A stretch of 64,000 nt of DNA from a virus. Every line of letters starts with the position of its first letter. Position 1 is the stretch's first letter. The stretch is from the IMG/VR virus record IMGVR_UViG_3300024339_000005, one strand, 5' to 3'. The position numbers and the translations under genes were made by a program. The notes beneath the pieces were generated by a model that saw only the letters and a list, made by a program, of their open reading frames with translations, did not search any database and was not told the origin of the DNA. Below are positions 39,154-48,600 of this stretch, piece by piece.

Positions 39154-39483
39154 TTAGCTGCCACCCTTGAATAAATTGCTTATGGCATCAAAAAAGGTGA
39201 AACCGACAGAACCTATGAAAGTAATAGCCAGGATGATACCCGCCCATTTGTTTTTCATAGCGATCAACGAGTTTTGGTTATCAATTAGCTTGTCCATCTT
39301 GTCAGATAATGCATCAATATGGTCTTCGGTCTTTTGATGATAAGCAAGTTCGCGCTCCTCATGTTTTTCTTGACCTTCTTTTATATCATCAATACGGTTA
39401 AAAGCCGTCTTGATTCTTTCGTCGTATCTGGCTTGCTCGGTTTCTAGGTGACCGATTCGTTCGCCGAGGTAATCGTTAGCCAT
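39154..39483 (-). CDS. coiled-coil plus C-terminal transmembrane protein (XhlA-like architecture)
   Basis: Coiled coil followed by KWAGIILAITFIGSVGFTFF. Confidence 0.55.
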   Translation of the reverse strand: MANDYLGERIGHLETEQARYDERIKTAFNRIDDIKEGQEKHEERELAYHQKTEDHIDALSDKMDKLIDNQNSLIAMKNKWAGIILAITFIGSVGFTFFDAISNLFKGGS

Positions 39484-39497
39484 AGTTGTTGCTTTCT

Positions 39498-39956
39498 TCA
39501 GTCTGCCAGTTCGGCAGGCGTAAAGGCATCCATATCGTCGGTGTTATCCATAGCGTCAAGGGCTACTTCCGCAGCGATAGGCATATCCCGTAGGACTACC
39601 TTTTCCGCTGCGGAGTTGGCTTTGGTTCTGGTAGCACCAGGCTTACCAACAACCTTTTCCATAATTTCTTTGTCGATTTGTTCCAGTTTCGCGTTACGGA
39701 CCCGGCGCAATTGTACCATTTTTTCTTCACGAACCTTAGGTAGACGCCAAGCATGGGTCTTCAATTCTTCTTCAGTGACCTCAACAGCCAATGTAGAAGC
39801 ATCGGGTACGATAGCCGCGGCTGTTTCGTTGCCTTCTTGGTCGTAAGTGGCAGGAATTGTTGCAGCCTTGACTTTCTTAGCCAGGATACCAGAGACAGAG
39901 CCAGCGTCACCAACTACGGTTACTGAGCCGTCTGCGTTTACAATTTTCTCGTTCAT
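39498..39956 (-). CDS. tail fibre assembly-like protein
   Basis: LRRVRNAKLEQID...LRDMP pattern; follows a fibre gene. Confidence 0.65.
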   Translation of the reverse strand: MNEKIVNADGSVTVVGDAGSVSGILAKKVKAATIPATYDQEGNETAAAIVPDASTLAVEVTEEELKTHAWRLPKVREEKMVQLRRVRNAKLEQIDKEIMEKVVGKPGATRTKANSAAEKVVLRDMPIAAEVALDAMDNTDDMDAFTPAELAD

Positions 39957-39988
39957 TACTTTGTTTCCTCTTTAGTGTATTTATTCAT

Positions 39989-42424
39989 TTACTCGCCTTC
40001 AAGTTCGCCAAACCATACGGCTGAATATGATTGAACATTCCTGGCAGCACCGGCGCCGTTATAGAAGGCTAATCTACATGAGGTATTTGTGCTTTCATCA
40101 CTGCCGTCATAGTAATAACAAGTATCTGTCGTCCCGGCATCTGGTTGCATAGTAACCTGACACACATAAGGGATTTTATCCGCACCAGAAACCGATTCCT
40201 TAAAAGGTGTGGCAAATACTACATCAATGTGCCCAGTAGATACCCATGTTACACTCTCTATCCCATATGAACCGTTGATTGTGCTAGTTGAAATTGGTCC
40301 ACCAATAAGCCAAGCCTTCGCCTTACTTAAATCAATACCTTCATGTTGAATACCAAGACCCCTGACAGTTTCAGCCAGTTCTCTAAAATCCTCGGCTGGC
40401 ATATTGATTGAAGCATCGGTAGCACCAATTGCGTAATGACCCTCACCCCAAAGTTTTAGGTGTTCGAATGCGGTTGAAGCGCCATCTTCTACTGAATTTG
40501 TATAGACAAGCCCGTCCCAAATGCCTTTGTCGTCAGCCTGAACTACTGCGACCTTACCGGAAACCGGATCAACATCAACGTCAAGGACCGCATCGGTAGT
40601 ACCGGACTGTAATAAAACCAAGGCCGCTGTATCAAACATGGGTTTCTCTGCCAAATACATATTGCGTATCAAGGCGGCAGATGGCGATACGCTTGAAACC
40701 CCGGCAAAGCGGCACATTGTTAATGTGGTAGAAGTGGCGGGGTTTGTTGACCCGTTAGCCAGTGATCCGATAGCAAAAGGCATATTACCGCTGTCAGACA
40801 TAGAGCCTGTATTAGTAGTGTCAGAGGCTTCTAAAACGCCGTCAACGTACAAATAGCGTTCTGTGGATGACACGTTTACAAGGTCAGCTTTGTGCCAAGC
40901 ACCATCATCAAATGTCTCTGTTGTGGCAAGTCCACTTGCAGACGCTGATGCGCCGTTGACTTGACAATCAATAACACCACTGGTCAAGAAACTGATATAA
41001 CTCTCCACAGACCGAGCAGCATTACCAAAGCCGCAGAATACTTCGCCAGTAGAGTTGCCGGAAGACTTGAACCAGATAGCCATATGAAACGGGCCAGTGC
41101 CACAAACATCCCAATCTTCATCACTTGCGCGAGTATGGTTAATTGTTGAGCTATAACCATTATAGGCTTTAAGTTCTCCAGTAGCTCCGTCAGCGGATAC
41201 CTCAGTAACACCTGCACCGTTATTAGTCAGCGTATTCGCGTAGGGACTAAGATCAGCCGTTGCTGAATTGCAAAGCCAAACTCCTCTGGTTGTGTGAAGC
41301 ATGTAGCCAGAATTGGTTGCCCTAGTGATTGACGCAGAGGCTAATAGCTGGTTCTGCAATGAGCCTTGACCCATGCGACCAATAGTAAAATCAAGGCCAC
41401 CAGTACCGCCTAGCGCACCAATCTTCTCTCCGATGGAAAAAGCATCAGCAGAGATACCTACACTATCAAGCCCACCGTTAGATGACAGATAACTATATGG
41501 TGGGTTGACACTTTGGTCCGCAGTAATTGTATCAATCGGTCCCGCTGCTCTGAACTGTGATGTAGAATATGCAGCGAACAGCATATCTTGGCCGATGGCG
41601 ATAGCAGGAGAAGATGTTGCTGTTATCTGGATTACATCTTTAACTGTTCCATCGTTCTTAATAACAGAGGCTTGGAATGTCCCTGTCCCATACTTGACAC
41701 CAAAGGTTGGGATTTGCCCTCCTGTATTACTATCAGTTGGACCACTGGAAAGCGTATTTGCTGCAACTCCAATCACATCGTTGTTGTTCAAATTAGGGGT
41801 GTCAGTTGAGTTTAATGATCGGGGCCAACCTGTTGTGGCTTCGGCCCAAGAACCAAAATGTGGGTGGATGATATGAATGCCATCCTCGGAACCCACAATG
41901 ATATAGCCCATGCTGGCTGCAATGGAAGTCGGTGTTGCAGCACCAGTAATGGTTATTGCCGCCATAGCAGTACCACCGACAATCGTGCTATCTGTGTAAT
42001 CCCAGATCTCAACGGTCGTATCTGCGCCTGCGTCCTTGATGGTCGCTACCATGATTTTCTTCACAGTAGACAGATTGAGTTTTTCATCCCATTGAACACC
42101 ATCCCTCGCAGGACCAAAAATAACAGCGTCAACGTATGTACCATCAGTTTCAACAACACCAGAGAAAGCGGCTGAAGTCATGGCACCATTAGCAGATACA
42201 GCGCCTGTAAATGTTCCGGTTGTTCCTGCAACAGCGCCTGTAAATGTTCCGGTTGTTCCTGCAACAGCGCCTGTAAATGTTCCGGTTGTTCCTGATACGG
42301 CACCGGATGAAGTCACAGAGGTAGCGGTCACGGCTCCTAGATTAATAGGAACCGCTGTGTTCGCTGATAAGTCCTGAAGTTTGGTGCTTTCAAGAACGTC
42401 GGTATCAATTGTGTTAATTGCCAT
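39989..42424 (-). CDS. tail fibre/receptor-binding protein with LamG domain (paralog B1)
   Basis: LamG DDGAWHKA...LYVDG; ends FGELEGE like 34908..37046. Confidence 0.8.
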   Translation of the reverse strand: MAINTIDTDVLESTKLQDLSANTAVPINLGAVTATSVTSSGAVSGTTGTFTGAVAGTTGTFTGAVAGTTGTFTGAVSANGAMTSAAFSGVVETDGTYVDAVIFGPARDGVQWDEKLNLSTVKKIMVATIKDAGADTTVEIWDYTDSTIVGGTAMAAITITGAATPTSIAASMGYIIVGSEDGIHIIHPHFGSWAEATTGWPRSLNSTDTPNLNNNDVIGVAANTLSSGPTDSNTGGQIPTFGVKYGTGTFQASVIKNDGTVKDVIQITATSSPAIAIGQDMLFAAYSTSQFRAAGPIDTITADQSVNPPYSYLSSNGGLDSVGISADAFSIGEKIGALGGTGGLDFTIGRMGQGSLQNQLLASASITRATNSGYMLHTTRGVWLCNSATADLSPYANTLTNNGAGVTEVSADGATGELKAYNGYSSTINHTRASDEDWDVCGTGPFHMAIWFKSSGNSTGEVFCGFGNAARSVESYISFLTSGVIDCQVNGASASASGLATTETFDDGAWHKADLVNVSSTERYLYVDGVLEASDTTNTGSMSDSGNMPFAIGSLANGSTNPATSTTLTMCRFAGVSSVSPSAALIRNMYLAEKPMFDTAALVLLQSGTTDAVLDVDVDPVSGKVAVVQADDKGIWDGLVYTNSVEDGASTAFEHLKLWGEGHYAIGATDASINMPAEDFRELAETVRGLGIQHEGIDLSKAKAWLIGGPISTSTINGSYGIESVTWVSTGHIDVVFATPFKESVSGADKIPYVCQVTMQPDAGTTDTCYYYDGSDESTNTSCRLAFYNGAGAARNVQSYSAVWFGELEGE
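42198..42294. repeat. 33-bp tandem repeat, about 3 copies
   Basis: Unit ACAGCGCCTGTAAATGTTCCGGTTGTTCCTGCA; encodes GAVAGTTGTFT. Confidence 0.95.
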
Positions 42425-42431
42425 TTATCTT

Positions 42432-42734
42432 TTACCCTTTGGGATATTTAGTCTTCACGGCTTCAACATGGTCGACCCATGTAGTTGTGCCGTTGATAGA
42501 GTCGTGGTATTGCATATCTAGTTGGTCTGTGATTGAAGCGTATTCAGCAGTCCGGTTATCCGCATAGGTGACTTCGGGTGTTGTATCAACCACTGTAATT
42601 ACAGCGTCACCAGATTCTACTTCTTCTAACATGCAGAGATACCATTTGGTGGCTGTATCTGTGAAAGTTGTTTTCAATTCGTCGTCGTAGAAAGATTCTA
42701 CATTACCATGAATCGTGTGAATATATTCTTTCAT
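42432..42734 (-). CDS. tail fibre accessory/chaperone protein
   Basis: R.AEYASITDQLDMQYHD..W...VKTKYPK; paralog of 37043..37324. Confidence 0.75.
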   Translation of the reverse strand: MKEYIHTIHGNVESFYDDELKTTFTDTATKWYLCMLEEVESGDAVITVVDTTPEVTYADNRTAEYASITDQLDMQYHDSINGTTTWVDHVEAVKTKYPKG

Positions 42735-42735
42735 T

Positions 42736-43860
42736 TTACATTTCTGCCTTTATCACCATTACGGACGCGCTTGCCGTCGATTGAAGTATTGCCGGGCGGT
42801 ATTGCGTGGTACCACTAGCATGTGTTACAGCCAAAGCCCCATACACAATATCAGTATCCGCGTTCGAAGAAATACTGAGGGCTGATCCTACTCTCCCTGT
42901 CAACGTATCGGCCGAATACCAATGAGCGGCGGTATAGTCACCGAGCGTCGGCGCGGCTCTCATAGGAACAGGGAAACGGACGGTCATTCTTGTGATAGTC
43001 GCCGTTTCTGATATACCATGAGCAAAGGATTTAAAACCACCGGTCGGAACAAGAACATATTGATATCTAAGGCATTTCAAATAATTTTCGTTATATGTTT
43101 CATGGACAAAATCCGTGGCCGAGGAGCCAGCTTCAAATTTAGCATTTGTAAAACCAATATAGTTGTTGGTGGCATCCATCAAATTATCAGCGCCTGTTGT
43201 TGTGTAATGGTCAGTGGTGCCCCATGAGCCGCCGGCATCAGTCCGGGTACTTCCGCCGTATAATCCAACGCTTACCCACAAAGCATCTTCGTAAAGTTCT
43301 CTATCAAAACCTGGGTTTGCATCTGCCGGAATAGATATCGAAACTCTTTGCCATGTATCGGCCGAAGTGATCGTTACTTCTTCCCAATAACTGTATAGGT
43401 TGCCAACATCAACTTGCGTTCTCACTTGCAATGCCAGTGTGGCGGGAAACGTGATAGAACTTGCCCCATCGGCATGGAAAATTATATCCATTGATAGTGT
43501 TGTTGCTTCGATACCTGTCGTATTATTTACTACTGACAGACAATTTTGCGTTTCAATTTTCTGGACAATCTTGAAACCTTCTGTGGAACCAGGCGAGGCG
43601 TCTGCGGTTGTTACAAGTAATTTATGCCATGGATATAATGCTTCCACACCGCCGTCAACTTCCTGGGATGAAGTAACACGCGCGGTCATAGTCCCTGCGC
43701 TTCGCTGTTGCCATTGATCACAGGCCCCAATAGCATTATTGGTAGCGCCGAAAGAAGTCTGGTCACCCAATTGAGCCACTTCCATTCCACCATTAATTAG
43801 CATGTTAGGATTACCACCACTAGCGCCTGCTGTCGCTCTGAAATCGCTATAGGTACTCAT
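42736..43860 (-). CDS. tail fibre protein (paralog A1)
   Basis: NPNMLINGGMEVAQ, KFEAGSSATDFVHE, KCLRY, PVPMRAAPT. Confidence 0.8.
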   Translation of the reverse strand: MSTYSDFRATAGASGGNPNMLINGGMEVAQLGDQTSFGATNNAIGACDQWQQRSAGTMTARVTSSQEVDGGVEALYPWHKLLVTTADASPGSTEGFKIVQKIETQNCLSVVNNTTGIEATTLSMDIIFHADGASSITFPATLALQVRTQVDVGNLYSYWEEVTITSADTWQRVSISIPADANPGFDRELYEDALWVSVGLYGGSTRTDAGGSWGTTDHYTTTGADNLMDATNNYIGFTNAKFEAGSSATDFVHETYNENYLKCLRYQYVLVPTGGFKSFAHGISETATITRMTVRFPVPMRAAPTLGDYTAAHWYSADTLTGRVGSALSISSNADTDIVYGALAVTHASGTTQYRPAILQSTASASVMVIKAEM

Positions 43861-43863
43861 ATC

Positions 43864-45411
43864 TTAAACCTCCGTCAACAGCCAGCCCTGCGTAGTGTTG
43901 AAATACACTAGCGAGAAAGCGGCTCGTTCTGTGGAAACTGTCATATCGGTATTTGATCCTTGAATAGAAATGCTGTTAGCGTCACGCGCCACAGTAATGT
44001 TATTTGTGTCTGCGGTTCCTTGCGTGTCGATAATACGAACCCAATCACCTTGTGTTGGTGTTACAGGCAAGGTCATTGTCACGGCACCACCAGTTGTCGA
44101 AACGAAGTATCTACCACCGGCGACCATCGTTGTGTTTGACGTTGCTGTGTTCCATGTTGTATCGGTCTTGGCGAAGGTAACGGCGTCGTTTGCAATCTTG
44201 ATTGTCGAAACTGCGTTGTTTGCAATCTTGACTGTTGAAACTGCGCTGTCTGCGATCTTGACTGTTGAAACTGCGCTTGCAGATAGTTTAGCCGTGGTCA
44301 CCGATTGGTCTGCGACAACAGCCACATTAGAAGTAAATCCGGTACTACGAATAACAACAGGTACACCGTTCGCTGGTGAAGCGTTCAAGGTGATTGTGTT
44401 ACCAGAAGCGGTATAGTTCAATTCTGAATCTTGAACAACACCACCAACCATAACAAATACGCCGTCTGAGTTTGCGGGTGAAGTTGTTACCGTAAAGGAG
44501 TTAGCGGTACCGTTTGCTGTCCATCTATGAGACTTCCATAGTTTGGCATTCACGGCTATTTTCTCAAACGTCACAGAACCAGTCTGAAGTTTTGATGTTC
44601 CTATGGTATCGTCTGCGGCTGTGACGGTCACATCAGCCGATGATAGACTAATGGTGTAAATCTGTGAGAGGTTGCTAGGCGCGGAAGTGAAGGTTACTGT
44701 ATTGCCGTTGACTGAATAATTTGTCACCGGTGTTTGAATCGCGCCGCCTACCCATACCATAAGGGATGAAGTGTTAGGAGGGCTTGTTGTTACAGTAAAT
44801 TCGGTACAAGCACCAGTGCCTGTAAATTCGTCGTGATCGAGAGAAGCGCCACCGGCTGAACTTTCAGCCCATGATAAGGTACCAGCGCCATCTGTTGTCA
44901 GAGCATATCCGGCTGTTCCGCCGTCGATGTGCAGGCTGGCAACGCTACCGAAGTTTATATTAGCCGATTCAAAGACCGTGTTTGCGCCAGTCCATGTTGT
45001 GTTGGCTGCGATTGAATGAGAATGGTCAAATTGGTTGTTGGCGATTGTGCCTGTAAGGTCGCTGAAATCGTTTACAGCCGAACCCGCTGCCCATTCAAGT
45101 AAACCGGAACCGTTCGTTTGTAGATAGTACCCGCTGGTACCACCCATGATATGTAGGTTGTTCGCTTGTTGGATTATCACATTTGATGTGGCAACAAAAT
45201 CAGTGTTTCCATCAAAGCTGGCGGAAACAGCAATGGTCAGATTGTTGGAACTAGAAGTGTTTGTGGTAAACGTGTTTACGTGTGCGCCAGCAACATGAAG
45301 GTAGTTGTCTTGACCTTGGGTAATGTCATTGATCTTCGTCGCAGTGAGGTTATAATTCGAAACCCACTCTGCGAAAGTATTTTGCACATATACGTTAGAT
45401 AGAAGCGCCAT
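43864..45411 (-). CDS. baseplate-fibre connector with gp9/gp10-like C-terminal domain
   Basis: NTFAEW N-terminus; C-terminal YFVSTTGGAVTMTLP..P..GD.V.IID...LVY....GW. Confidence 0.7.
   Translation of the reverse strand: MALLSNVYVQNTFAEWVSNYNLTATKINDITQGQDNYLHVAGAHVNTFTTNTSSSNNLTIAVSASFDGNTDFVATSNVIIQQANNLHIMGGTSGYYLQTNGSGLLEWAAGSAVNDFSDLTGTIANNQFDHSHSIAANTTWTGANTVFESANINFGSVASLHIDGGTAGYALTTDGAGTLSWAESSAGGASLDHDEFTGTGACTEFTVTTSPPNTSSLMVWVGGAIQTPVTNYSVNGNTVTFTSAPSNLSQIYTISLSSADVTVTAADDTIGTSKLQTGSVTFEKIAVNAKLWKSHRWTANGTANSFTVTTSPANSDGVFVMVGGVVQDSELNYTASGNTITLNASPANGVPVVIRSTGFTSNVAVVADQSVTTAKLSASAVSTVKIADSAVSTVKIANNAVSTIKIANDAVTFAKTDTTWNTATSNTTMVAGGRYFVSTTGGAVTMTLPVTPTQGDWVRIIDTQGTADTNNITVARDANSISIQGSNTDMTVSTERAAFSLVYFNTTQGWLLTEV
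44191..44275. repeat. 30-bp imperfect tandem repeat, about 3 copies
   Basis: Encodes AVST(V/I)KIAxx fibre shaft repeats. Confidence 0.8.
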
Positions 45412-45623
45412 TACTTACTTTCCTTCTCAAGCAACATATGGAGCATTGCTTTTATTTCCGACATTTCTGTCTTTAGAGTATTTATATCAGAGGCAGCCTG
45501 TTGGCGTGATAAACGACCAGCTTTATATGATTCAAGTGAAGCCAAATCTGTTGAAAGAATGGCTCCTGAATCCATATCACGGACTTTATATTTGGTGTCT
45601 TCTACATGTGCAAAATTTCTCAT
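45411..45623 (-). CDS. conserved small coiled-coil virion-associated protein
   Basis: VRDMDSGAIL...LKTEMSEIKAML; carries an internal TATAAATA at 45486-45479. Confidence 0.7.
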   Translation of the reverse strand: MRNFAHVEDTKYKVRDMDSGAILSTDLASLESYKAGRLSRQQAASDINTLKTEMSEIKAMLHMLLEKESK

Positions 45624-45626
45624 ACG

Positions 45627-48600
45627 TTACACCTGTATAGCCAGCGTTCTTAGATCTTTGATACGTGGTACTTGTGAAGTATCAGAACTTAGCAGAACGA
45701 CCTTGATTGCGAATGTAAGGTAACCGGTATATGTGATAGAGTCGGCTACATATTGCACTTCGCTACTACTACCCGTTAGGTTAGCCGTAGGAATGGCATA
45801 TTCAAATTCTTTCCAATCACTTTTCAATTCACTATCAGATACGGTAGTTGTTGAGGTGACCTGAGTCATTTCAACCCATGCTTTGTCTTTGAAAGCACCA
45901 CCGTCTTCACCGTTCTGGATCTTGTAATACACTTCAATGGTCGCAAGGGCTGGATTATATGCTGTCAGATAAACTTTCATATCTTCTGCATCTTGCCCAT
46001 CATCAAGAGTGATTTGACGAGAGATATATTTAGCCAGTGCGGAACCAGCGGCTCCTGTTTCACCCGTTGATACGTTGTTGATTTTGTTTTCAACAGATAT
46101 ATTAGAGATACGCTTGGTATCAATTGCAGGTGATAGAACGTTGGTCGTTGTTGTCAGTGTACCCGTCAATTGATATGACTTTGTGCCACTTTCAGCCGTT
46201 TGACCAAGAATACGTTTTTCAGCCGTCAAGTCATAATTCTCATTGACTTCAATAGCCGTACCAGTTACATCAATAACGTCTGAAGTATTGGTGGTTTTGA
46301 TACTCCATGTGGTTTCTGTACCGTTGAATTTCAATGCTTGAATCTGTGGGTTCATGGTATCAAGAACGATATTATCCATCGCGGTGATCAATACATCCTT
46401 CCCTGAAGTTTGACCCCTGAGATTTTCACCGACAATGAAATCACCCGATACAGCAACCGAAGGTGTTGAACCAAGATGAAGTTTGATATCAGCCGAATCG
46501 TTCGGGTCGTAATACTTGATAACGCCCTGTGGTGTTGATTGGCTTGAAACGTCAAATATACCACCGAGGCTGGTTGTAATGTTTTCGGTGCTACTGAATT
46601 TGGTACCGGTTGGTACATCCTTGACGCTAATTATGTATGGTCCGGCTCCTGATACGGCAGTGATTGTACCGTTAGCGCCAGAGGTAGCGCCAGTCACAAC
46701 ATCACCAACGTTAGCAACGCCAGCAGTATATGTCACGGTAATTTTTGGTTCACCATGAATAACTTCGCCGACGTTCACCGTATTAGCGGCTGACAATTGG
46801 AAAAATTCGGATGCTTCGTTTGTAAGCCTTACGCTGCCTGTTGCAGTTTCATCAAACGCCGCACGGTGAATTGTGAACTTGAGATCTTCAGATTGGTGCT
46901 GAGTCCATGTTCTGTCGTTAGCCGAAGTGAACAGTACACCCGCGGCTGGTTGCTTTGTGATACGAATTGTGGTATCAAAGATATCGAATTCGCCAAGCTC
47001 TGATACCCAAACATTATAGTCGGGTGAGTTACCAGCTGGCTTCAGTACCATCACGTATTCTTGTTCGCTGCGGAGATAAACAGGGCTGTCAAAATGGAAC
47101 GGTGTAACCTTCGCTGCGGTAGTTGAAATATTGATCGCGGCTGGGTACAACGTCTTAGAGCCGAATGGTACGACCTTAGGACCAGGGAGACCGTTTATCA
47201 TTTCACGAATTTCGATCGTGATTGGTAGTGTGGTCGATTTGGTCTGGAAATAGATATCAATCTTAGATACAAAGAGACCGCCGGGTTGACGAACATAGAA
47301 TGATTGAGCGAGTGGGTCAGGTGGACCATTGCCGGGACCGTCAAAACCTGTGGCGTCCCTATTAAATCTATTGATAGCGTTCTGCTGTTCTACATTGACA
47401 ACGGTAACATTGGTTGTAGCTCGGGTAACATTGGTTACGTTGCTAACATTGGTTACGTTAGTAACAGTGGCCGCAGGCGTTCTGCCCACAAAGCGTTCAC
47501 CCGATGTTGTTACAACAGAAACGTCGGACGTTCTGCGAGTATCGCCGACCGTGCCTATCGAAACATCAGGTGTTCTTGTAGAAATAATCGTGTCTTCGGT
47601 TGTTTGAAGAAGACCTGTTGCGTTATAGTTCGCAACGGCGGATGTTGAAACGTCACTGTCCACATTAAGCGGGCTGTCTGTAAGTTTCAGAGATTTCAAA
47701 CCTGTGCGGAATTGAAGTGTGCTATCGTTAGGAATACGGAACACCATCAACAGTTGCCCGTTGGCGTCTGTGACCATACTTGAACCGTAAGACGGTGCAG
47801 TCAATAAGGCTTCGGTAAAGGCTGAAACACTAGCACAGTAGGCACTTACATCTTCATCATCAAAGAAGGCATAGACACGGGTGTTAGGTTTTAGGCTTTC
47901 GGCTGTTACCTGAATGACGCGAGAACGCATAAACGGAATAACAGAAACGTCAACAACTTTAGGACCGATACTCTGTGTCTGAGTACCAGGACGCACGTTT
48001 AACTGAATACCAGTACGAGACTGGCGCTGTGTTGTCGTCGTTGTTCTTGTTGTTTCTGTACGACCAAAGATAGATCCTTGACCGCCACCGGCGAATGTAA
48101 TACGGTTAACACCAACGTCGGCTGTTTCAGAAGAAGTAGAAGAACCCGTCCAGTTAGTTTGCCAATCGTTCCATTGCGTACCCCAGGCGTTTGAGAGAGT
48201 TTCCCATGCGTCCATGTTGCCATCGAAGTTTACTTGAACGTCAGGCTTCTGTGAAGTATCGGTCCAGTTATCTTGGTCAGGATTGAGAGTCATTGTACCA
48301 ACCCAATGGAACAATAGTTCGCCAACTGCGTTGCGTGTCTTAGACGCGAACGGCTGGTGAACTTGAACAGAGTGGGTGTATGGTAGGGTCAATAGTTCGC
48401 CATCAGTAGGCAATTGAATTGCTGTCACTGTGGCTGTTGCGCCAGACGAATCGCCTGTTGCTGTAGTCGAGACTGCCCATGTGCCGGAAGTAATTTCAAT
48501 ATATAAGCGGTCAGTGTTGTCGTGAACAATTTTACCCTGGGCTGTTGCTGCGCCGAGGTTCGCACCCTGATAAACATCTTCACGTATGGTGAAAGTGCCC

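Noticed and set aside
42198-42294. CRISPR-like array
   Set aside because: The 33-bp units are directly adjacent with no spacers and are in-frame coding repeats of a fibre shaft
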